From Dehalococcoidia bacterium (lineage in GTDB: Bacteria; Chloroflexota; Dehalococcoidia; Bin125), in contig OY820591.1 in the NCBI GenBank assembly GCA_963555985.3, forward strand, positions 2,784,001 to 2,848,000: 64,000 nucleotides of DNA. The letters are read 5' to 3'. How positions within the stretch are numbered: the stretch's first letter is position 1; each line of letters begins with the position of its first letter. Position numbers and translations under genes: made by a program. Shown in pieces: positions 8,849 through 15,864 of the stretch. Below the pieces are notes generated by a model. That model was not told the origin of the DNA, did not search any database, and saw only the letters and a program-made list of their open reading frames with translations.

Positions 8849-9816
8849 CCGACGATGCCGTGAACCACCAGCGCTCGATCCTGGAACGCGCCCGCGATTG
8901 GCTGATTCCGCCCTTGCCGCCGGAGGGGGAAGAGGCGGCGCTTGCGCCTGAGCAGTTGCGTCGCGCGGTGCGGCGGATTGAGATCCGGGCGCGGAGATTG
9001 CTCCGCGATCAGCTGGCCGGTCAGTATGCGGCCGCTTTTCGCGGTCGCGGGATCGAGTTCGCCGAACTGCGGCCGTATGCGCCGGGGGACGAGGTGCGCA
9101 GCATCGACTGGAAGGCGACCGCGCGGCTGCGCCAGCCGGTGGTGCGGCGCTACGTTGAGGAACGCGAGCAGACCGTGCTGCTGCTGGTCGATCTGAGCGG
9201 CTCGGCCGGGTACGCCGCGAGTGGGCCGTCGGTCGCCAATCGCGCGATCGAGATTGCGGGCGTGCTCGGCTTTGCGGCTGCTGCGGCCAACGATCTGGTT
9301 GGGGCGGTCGCGTTCTCGAACCAGATCGACTTCACGATTCCGCCGGCCAAAGGCTCGCAGCATGTGCTGCGGATCGTGCGCGATCTGCTTGCTCAACCGG
9401 TGGGAGGGAGGACCGAGCTGGCCCGTGCCTTCCAACACGCGGGACGGCTGATGCGGCGGCGCGGGATCGTGATCATCATCGGCGACTTCATCGCGGTGCA
9501 TCCCGATCACGTCTGGGAACCGAGCCTGAGCCAGCTCGCCTTGCGGCATGATGTGGTGGCGGTCTGCGTGCGCGATCCGGAGGAGTCGCGGCTGCCGGCT
9601 GCGCCGCTGGCGACCTGGAGCGGGGCAGAGCGCGGCGATACGGTGCTGGCCGACGAAGCGACGACCGCACTCCAGCGCCGGCGGCTGCGCGAGGATCGGG
9701 ATGAGACTGTCGCTCGCCTGCGCCGCTGCGGCTGCGACGTGATTGCGCTCTCCACGACCGACGACTATCTGCCTCCGCTCACCCGCCTCTTCTACGAGCG
9801 CCGCCAACGACCATGA
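8845..9816 (+). CDS. DUF58 domain (vWA-like) protein
   Basis: GRGIEFAELRPYAPGDEVRSIDWKATAR; follows moxR. Confidence 0.9.
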   Translation: MTDDAVNHQRSILERARDWLIPPLPPEGEEAALAPEQLRRAVRRIEIRARRLLRDQLAGQYAAAFRGRGIEFAELRPYAPGDEVRSIDWKATARLRQPVVRRYVEEREQTVLLLVDLSGSAGYAASGPSVANRAIEIAGVLGFAAAAANDLVGAVAFSNQIDFTIPPAKGSQHVLRIVRDLLAQPVGGRTELARAFQHAGRLMRRRGIVIIIGDFIAVHPDHVWEPSLSQLALRHDVVAVCVRDPEESRLPAAPLATWSGAERGDTVLADEATTALQRRRLREDRDETVARLRRCGCDVIALSTTDDYLPPLTRLFYERRQRP

Positions 9817-10688
9817 CTCGCGCCCTGTTCCTCAGTCTCTGTCTGCTGCTCGTGTTCTCTGTAGTCGCCCCTGCTGCGGCGCAGACGCCGCCCAGCGCCA
9901 GCGTCGTCGTTACGCCTGTTGATTCGCTCACCGTCGGCGATCCGGTGACGATCACCGTCACGATCACGCACGACGCGGAGACTCGCGTCGTGTTGCAGCC
10001 CGCCCTCACGCCGATGGGAGAGATGGATCCGGCCGTCCCGGAGATGGTCGCGGTCTCGCCCACCGAGACGGCCTTGACCTACGAAACTCGCGCGTTCAAG
10101 AGTGCGCGTTTCGTGATTGAATTGCCGCCAATCCCGCTCGAACGCGATGGTCAGCGGCTCGAACCCGTCAACGTCGATCCGATCCTGGTCACGGTGGTGA
10201 GCGTGCTCTCGTCAGTCACGGAACCGCGCCCGCTGACTCCGCCCGATCTGCTCGAAGCGCAGGAGCGGAACTTCGCGCCCTGGATCGTGGCGATCATCGG
10301 GATCGGCGTCGGATTCATCGCTGCGCGGCTGTTGCGGATGCGTAGGCGTTCGCAGCGCCCTGCAGAACAGCTATCGGAGATTGACGCGCCGCAGTGGGCG
10401 TTGCCCGAGTTTGATCCCTCGCTACCGCCCGCCGAACAGTGCCGGCAATTGGCGCAGGCGGTGCGCGAGCGGCTAGCGGCGGAATGGTCGCTGCCGGCGC
10501 GCTCGCTGACCACTGCCGAGTTGCCGAGAGCATTGGCGGCGGCGGGAGCGCCGGCTGCCACTGTCCAGCAGGTGCGCAATCTGTTGCAGGAGTGCGATCG
10601 GGTGCAGTATGCGGGTCGTGCGCCGGCTTCCGAGCGTCTGCGCGGCTATCACGAGCTGGCGGCGGCGATCATCGCGCAGGCTCGGTGA
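9813..10688 (+). CDS. Signal peptide/TM protein of a Bat-like operon
   Basis: N-terminal signal peptide, TVGDPVT, internal TM segment, C-terminal LQECDRVQYA; operon position. Confidence 0.7.
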   Translation: MTRALFLSLCLLLVFSVVAPAAAQTPPSASVVVTPVDSLTVGDPVTITVTITHDAETRVVLQPALTPMGEMDPAVPEMVAVSPTETALTYETRAFKSARFVIELPPIPLERDGQRLEPVNVDPILVTVVSVLSSVTEPRPLTPPDLLEAQERNFAPWIVAIIGIGVGFIAARLLRMRRRSQRPAEQLSEIDAPQWALPEFDPSLPPAEQCRQLAQAVRERLAAEWSLPARSLTTAELPRALAAAGAPAATVQQVRNLLQECDRVQYAGRAPASERLRGYHELAAAIIAQAR

Positions 10689-10701
10689 GGCGGAGAGTGC
10701 C

Positions 10702-11658
10702 ATGCAGCTTGAAGACCCCGCCTTGCTCGCGCTCTTCGCAGTGGTTCCGCTCTATCTCTGGGTGCTGGTTCGGGTGGGGCGGTTGCCGCGTCCTCGCTAT
10801 GCGTTGCCGCAGCTTGCGGGTGCGCCGCCGGATTCGGCGCAGCGGGGCTGGCGGCTGCGGCTGCTGCCCTGGCTGCCTGCGATTCGGGTGATCGCAGTCG
10901 TGTTGATCATCATCGCCATGGCCCGGCCCCAGGCGACGCAGGTCGAAGCCGTGCGGCCTGCCGAAGGCATCGACATCGTGCTCGTGATCGACACCTCAAG
11001 CTCGATGACCACGACTTACCTCTCGCAGAACGAGACCCGGATCGAGGCTGCGCGCCGGGTGGCCCGCGAGTTCGTCTCGCAGCGCGTCGAGGATCGCGTC
11101 GGGTTGGTCATGTTTCAGCGCCGCAGTTTGGTGCTGAGCCCGCTCACGCTCGACCTGGATGCGATTGACGCGATGATCGAGACCAGCGTGCGCAGCGGCT
11201 ATATACCCGACGGCACTGCCCTCGGCGTCGCGCTGGCCGAAGCCGTCGACCTGCTGCGCGACTCCGACGCGGCCAGCCGGATCGTCGTCGCCCTGACCGA
11301 CGGCGAGAACAACGTGCCCGACATCACTACCAATCAGGCCGCTTCGATCGCTCGTGCGCTCGGCGTGCGCATCTACATGATCGGCCTACCGACGCTGGGC
11401 GGGCGGACTAGCGTGGGACCGAGCGAACTCAGCCTGGTCTACATCGCCGACGAGACCGGCGGCGTCTACTTCCGCGCCGAAGACGCCAACGAACTGGCCG
11501 AGGCGTATGACCACATCAGCCAGCTTGAACGCGAGCGTGTGGGCGAAGAAACCCTGCTGACCACACGCGAGCTGGCTCCGCTGCTGCTGATTCCGGCGGG
11601 GCTGCTGATCCTGCTCGAACTGGCGCTGCGCGGCAGCTGGTGGCGGCGAGCTCCGTAA
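10702..11658 (+). CDS. BatA-like vWA domain membrane protein
   Basis: AMARPQ, GIDIVLVIDTSSSM (MIDAS), GTALG, LTDGENN. Confidence 0.9.
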   Translation: MQLEDPALLALFAVVPLYLWVLVRVGRLPRPRYALPQLAGAPPDSAQRGWRLRLLPWLPAIRVIAVVLIIIAMARPQATQVEAVRPAEGIDIVLVIDTSSSMTTTYLSQNETRIEAARRVAREFVSQRVEDRVGLVMFQRRSLVLSPLTLDLDAIDAMIETSVRSGYIPDGTALGVALAEAVDLLRDSDAASRIVVALTDGENNVPDITTNQAASIARALGVRIYMIGLPTLGGRTSVGPSELSLVYIADETGGVYFRAEDANELAEAYDHISQLERERVGEETLLTTRELAPLLLIPAGLLILLELALRGSWWRRAP

Positions 11659-13532
11659 TGGCCTGGGGAGCGCCGGAAGCGCTGGCCGCGCTCGTACTTG
11701 CGCCGATCGCGTTGGCGGCGGTCTGGTGGCTCTGGCGCTGGCGGCGCGTGCATCGGATTGCGACGCGAGCGCGAGTGATCGGCGAGCGTCGGGGGAACCG
11801 TCTTGCGTACGCGCTGATCGGGCTGAGCCTGATCCTGCTCGCGCTGGCGGCTGCGCGACCGCAGTGGGGCGCAACCGAGCAGGCGCTCGAGCTCTCCGAG
11901 TTCGCCGTGGTGATCGCGCTCGATGTCTCGCAGAGCATGGCGGCTGAGGATGTCACGCCCAGCCGCTTTGCCGCGGCCCAGGCGGAAGTTCGCCGCCTGG
12001 TCGACGCGCGGCGCGGCGACCGGATCGGACTCGTGATCTTCGCGGGACAGCCATTCCTGCGTTTCCCGCTCACTCGTGATCACGCGAGCGCGCTGGCGGT
12101 GCTCGATGCGCTACAGCCCGGTGAGGCGCTTGCGCCGCCCGGCTCGAATATCGCGGCCGCGATCGAGACCGCCCGCGCGACGCTGGCACGAGAGGAAGCT
12201 CCGGGCGTGATCGTGGTCGTCAGCGACGGCGAGACCCACAGCGGCGATGCGGTCTCAGCGGCGGCGGCCGCTTGGGAGGACGGCACACAGGTCTTCACGG
12301 TTGGAGTCGGCACGGCGGACGGAGAGAACGTGCCGATCGGCGGCGGCCTGACCGGGCGTCCACGCGAGTTCAAGATCGACGCGCGCAGCGGACGGCCAGT
12401 GGTCTCGCGGCTTGATGCGGAGTCGCTGCGTGCGATCGCCGAGACAGGCGGCGGGCGCTACATCGAGCTGCGCCGTCCCGGCTCGATGACGGCGATGAAC
12501 GCGGACTTGGCCGCGCTGGAGCTCTCGCGTGAGGTGGCCGAGGTGGAGTCGGCGCTGCACGAGCAGTACCGCTGGTTCGCGCTGCTGGCGCTACTGGCAC
12601 TAATCGGCGCGAGCGCCGTGCGACTGTTGGCTCACGGAGGCTGGGCGCGGAATCGTGCGGTGCGTCGTGCCGCGCGGGTGTTGGGGCTGACGGCGCTTGT
12701 CGCGTCGGCCGCGGCGGTCAGCGGTTGTCAAGCTTCGGCTGTCGAGCGCGCTAATACCGAGGGCGCCGAACACTATGCCGCTGGTCGCTACGGGGAAGCG
12801 CTGGAATCCTGGCGTGAGGCGCAGCGGGCGGATCAGCGCGACGGCGCGATCGATCCGCGTCTGCACCTGAACGCCGGGCGGGCGCTGCACCAGTTGGGCC
12901 AATACGAGCGGGCCGAAACCGAGTCGCTGGCGGCGCTGCGCTCGACCGATCCGGCGCAGCGGGCGTTGGCTTGGTTCCATACGGGCAATCACCGCTGGGC
13001 CAACGAAGATCCGCTCGGAGCCAGAGCTGCCTACATCGAGGCCTTGCGTGAACAACCCGAGCTGCTCGACGCGAAGATCAACCTCGAACTGGTCAACCTA
13101 CTGCTCGATCAGGTGGAATCGGCGCAGTCCGAGCAGGAGGGCGCCGCACTCGCGGCTGAGTCGGAGCAATCCGCTGAAGCGGAGGGGCCTGGACTGAGCG
13201 CCGAGGCAGAGCAAACCGGGCAGGCGGCAGCTCCGGCGGAGGGCGAGCCGGAGTCCGCTGAGTCAGGATCGTCGGCCGCGGCTGAGAGTGAGGCTGATAC
13301 AGAGGGACAGAACGCCGGCGCGCCGACCAATCCCACGTTCGCCGAAGAAGATCGCTCCGACGCGCGGCGCGAAGCATTAGCCGAGCTCCAGGAGGCGTTG
13401 GACGCGCTGCCGCTGGAGGAGGCGAGCCTGGAGCAGGCCTTGGCAGTGCTGGATGCGCTGAGGGCGGTACCCGGTGATCGCCTGGCGGCGGGATCGTTGC
13501 CGACCGCGGAGTCCGGTGTGGCGGATTGGTAG
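11658..13532 (+). CDS. BatB-like vWA protein fused to TPR (BatC-like) domain and acidic tail
   Basis: AAARPQWG, DVSQSM, SDGE, TPR repeats (NAGRALHQLGQY, AKINLEL); TAATG overlap with the upstream gene. Confidence 0.85.
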   Translation: MAWGAPEALAALVLAPIALAAVWWLWRWRRVHRIATRARVIGERRGNRLAYALIGLSLILLALAAARPQWGATEQALELSEFAVVIALDVSQSMAAEDVTPSRFAAAQAEVRRLVDARRGDRIGLVIFAGQPFLRFPLTRDHASALAVLDALQPGEALAPPGSNIAAAIETARATLAREEAPGVIVVVSDGETHSGDAVSAAAAAWEDGTQVFTVGVGTADGENVPIGGGLTGRPREFKIDARSGRPVVSRLDAESLRAIAETGGGRYIELRRPGSMTAMNADLAALELSREVAEVESALHEQYRWFALLALLALIGASAVRLLAHGGWARNRAVRRAARVLGLTALVASAAAVSGCQASAVERANTEGAEHYAAGRYGEALESWREAQRADQRDGAIDPRLHLNAGRALHQLGQYERAETESLAALRSTDPAQRALAWFHTGNHRWANEDPLGARAAYIEALREQPELLDAKINLELVNLLLDQVESAQSEQEGAALAAESEQSAEAEGPGLSAEAEQTGQAAAPAEGEPESAESGSSAAAESEADTEGQNAGAPTNPTFAEEDRSDARREALAELQEALDALPLEEASLEQALAVLDALRAVPGDRLAAGSLPTAESGVADW

Positions 13533-13619
13533 GGGATGTTGGGATCCTGTCTGCGGAGACCGTTGCAAAAGTCCCCTCCCCTCTCCCCCTTGGAGACCTG
13601 CGCATAATCCCCATTTCCG

Positions 13620-14636
13620 TCATTCCCGCGAAAGCGGGAAGGTGGGTTCACATTGCAACTGCAACAACTGCCGACCGAAGACTTCGGCCGGGGAGAGGTA
13701 GTCGAGGCACTGGCGGGGGGTGTTGTTGTACAACTGCAGCACTTCGATCAAACGCGCGAGGCTGAGTTGGGCGAGGTCGAGCCGGCGCGGCAGGACCCGG
13801 CGCAGGCGTCCGATCGCATTCTCGATCCCGCCCTTCTGCCAGGGCGCGTAGGGGTCGCAGAAGAAGGTCTCCACGCCCAGCCGGTGCAGTTCGTAGTGGC
13901 GGGCGAACTCGGTCCCGTTGTCGAACGCGACCGTGCGCCGCAGGGCGGGCGGCCAGGCGCGGAGCAGGCTGAGCAGCAGGCGCGCGACCGGAGCGGCCGC
14001 CTTGCCCGCCACGGGCAAGCCCACGAGCAGCCGCGAGGAGCGCTCGTGCAGCATCAGCAGGAGCGGACCGCCGCGCCCGAAGAGCATCAGGTCGGCCTCC
14101 CAGTGACCGGCTTCGAGCCGCCCGGCGGCCGCCGCCGGGCGCTCGCTCAGGGGCCGCCGCAGTTGGATGCGCTCGACCGAACTGCCGCCTTTGCGCCCGC
14201 GCCAACCGCGTTTCGCCTTGCGCCGCGGCAGATACTGGCGCCAACCGCCGCCGCGGCCGGGCTTGGCCCGCGAGGCTTGGGCGTAGATGAAGCGGTAGAT
14301 GCTCTCGTGCGAGATCACCGGCGCGCCCGCCTCGCGCGCCAGCCGGCCTGCGACCTGTTGCGGCGAGAGCCCGCGGGCCAACTCGCGCAGCACCCGCGCG
14401 CGCAGCTGATCGTCGCGTTCCAGCCGCGAACCGCGCCAGCGCCGCGCCTGGGCCTGTTGCTGGGCGTAGTCGGGACGGTAGCCGTCGCGCGCCGTGTTGC
14501 GTTTCAGCTCTCGAGCAATCGTCGATGGCGAGCGATCCAGAGCTGCAGCGATCTGCCGGATCGAGCGCCCCTCGGCCTGTAAGCGGGCAACCGCGCATCG
14601 CTCCGCCAGGTCCAACTGCGTGTACTGCGCGCCCAT
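13620..14636 (-). CDS. IS30 family transposase
   Basis: HTH SIRQIAAALDRSPSTIARELKRN, SHESIY, GHWEAD, FDNGTEF, PWQKGGIEN, NNTPR. Confidence 0.97.
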   Translation of the reverse strand: MGAQYTQLDLAERCAVARLQAEGRSIRQIAAALDRSPSTIARELKRNTARDGYRPDYAQQQAQARRWRGSRLERDDQLRARVLRELARGLSPQQVAGRLAREAGAPVISHESIYRFIYAQASRAKPGRGGGWRQYLPRRKAKRGWRGRKGGSSVERIQLRRPLSERPAAAAGRLEAGHWEADLMLFGRGGPLLLMLHERSSRLLVGLPVAGKAAAPVARLLLSLLRAWPPALRRTVAFDNGTEFARHYELHRLGVETFFCDPYAPWQKGGIENAIGRLRRVLPRRLDLAQLSLARLIEVLQLYNNTPRQCLDYLSPAEVFGRQLLQLQCEPTFPLSRE

Positions 14637-14680
14637 GGGCTCACCTCAATCATCTGTCGCACTTCGTCTGTGAGACTAGG
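13641..14680 (-). mobile_element. IS30-family insertion sequence (~1040 bp) inserted in a REP, 3-bp target duplication GAA
   Basis: Imperfect terminal IRs (ggtgggttcacattgcaactgcaaca vs reverse complement cctagtctcacagacgaagtgcgaca); GAA at 13638-13640 and 14681-14683; removal restores a REP like 1151-1176. Confidence 0.85.
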
Positions 14681-14790
14681 GAATCTCGAAGCACCCCAAG
14701 TCCGAAGCCATCTCCACATCTGGTCGTACCGCCAACCCGCATCGCGCGATCCGTTCCCTCCCCTCTCCATAAACCACAATACACAACCCC

Positions 14791-14829
14791 GAACACCAAT
14801 TCACTATAGTCACCACAGAACCCATGTAT
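14791..14829 (+). promoter_or_regulatory. Putative promoter: GAAC-ACCA-ATTC, -10 TATAGT (14805-14810), GAAC-CCAT-GTAT
   Basis: Two near-consensus LexA-type boxes flank a -10 upstream of RBS gaaagga and ATG 14851. Confidence 0.55.
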
Positions 14830-14850
14830 CACTACCTGAAAGGACTACCC

Positions 14851-15594
14851 ATGCAGATCCACCCCGCCCGCCGCCGCCGCGCGCTCCGCGTCCACTACCT
14901 CCGACAGCGCGGCCACTCGCTGCGCAAGATCGGCGAACAACTCGGCCTCTCCCACACCACCGTCCGCGACGACCTCCAACTGCTCGAAGCCCACTGGAGC
15001 AGCATCGCCGCCCCGGCCGCCGACGATCTCCTGCTCGAATCCCTGCAACTGCTCCAGTTCCGGCTCGCCCTCGCCACGCGCGACGACGAAGTCGCCCGCC
15101 TCGCCGACCACCTCACCCCGGTCGAGTACCTCCGCGCCCGCGACGCCCAGGACGCCCAGCTCACCGCCCTCGTCCGCGAGATCCGGCGCACCGTCGGCGA
15201 GGTCCACCGCCGCGCCGAGCAGCGCCCCGACCAACCCGGCCTCCAGGCCGAAGAGTCGCCGACCCCGGCCGAAACTCCCCAACCTTCCACAGCTTTACAG
15301 CCCGAATCGACGATCTCCAGTGCAGAGCGTGAGATCGTCGAAATTCCGGCCCCGCAGGAAAAATTTCTTCCAACTCCGTCCAACTCCCCGAGCCGCCCGC
15401 ACACGACGCTCTGCTCAGCGAAGTCGTCGACCGCTTCCCCCAGCTCCAAGGCCAGTCGGAGGAGCACATCCTCGAATTCCTCGACCAATTCACCAGCCCC
15501 AACGAGGAGCACACCCAAATCCAGACCGCAGCCGCCGGCTAACTCCCATCTCCTCCCCGTGATCGATCTCCCCCTTGAGGAGACCTGCGCCTAA
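14851..15594 (+). CDS. N-terminal HTH protein of unknown function; probable -1 frameshift near 15360 (alternative end 15542)
   Basis: GHSLRKIGEQLGLSHTTVRDDL HTH; RBS gaaagga; -1 frame gives the more protein-like tail DALLSEVVDRFPQLQGQSEEHILEFLDQF. Confidence 0.7.
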   Translation: MQIHPARRRRALRVHYLRQRGHSLRKIGEQLGLSHTTVRDDLQLLEAHWSSIAAPAADDLLLESLQLLQFRLALATRDDEVARLADHLTPVEYLRARDAQDAQLTALVREIRRTVGEVHRRAEQRPDQPGLQAEESPTPAETPQPSTALQPESTISSAEREIVEIPAPQEKFLPTPSNSPSRPHTTLCSAKSSTASPSSKASRRSTSSNSSTNSPAPTRSTPKSRPQPPANSHLLPVIDLPLEETCA

Positions 15595-15795
15595 TCCCAA
15601 ATTCCGTCATTCCCGCGAACGCGGGAATCCATGCGGCGTATCGAGTGGGACGTGAAGTCCCGCGAACGCGGGAATGACGAAACGCGCAGATCGGGGACTT
15701 CCGCAGAAGCCTGCCCCTGCGTAGGCAGGGGGACTCCGCAGGCGCGGAGGGAGATGTCGCAGCCTGCCTCTGGCCTGAACAGGGGGCAGAGGGAG
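15580..15795. repeat. Cluster: REP doublet 15606-15678 plus two AGCCTGCC-hairpin modules (15708-15731, 15761-15785)
   Basis: gtcattcccgcgaacgcgggaatcc...cccgcgaacgcgggaatgac; spacer atgcggcgtatc shared with 21241-21309 and 52626-52670. Confidence 0.85.
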
Positions 15796-15864
15796 AAGGG
15801 AACTGGTGTAGGGAAGTGGGGACTGATTCGTTCTTGGGTGATTTGAGATTCTCGGTTGTGTGTT

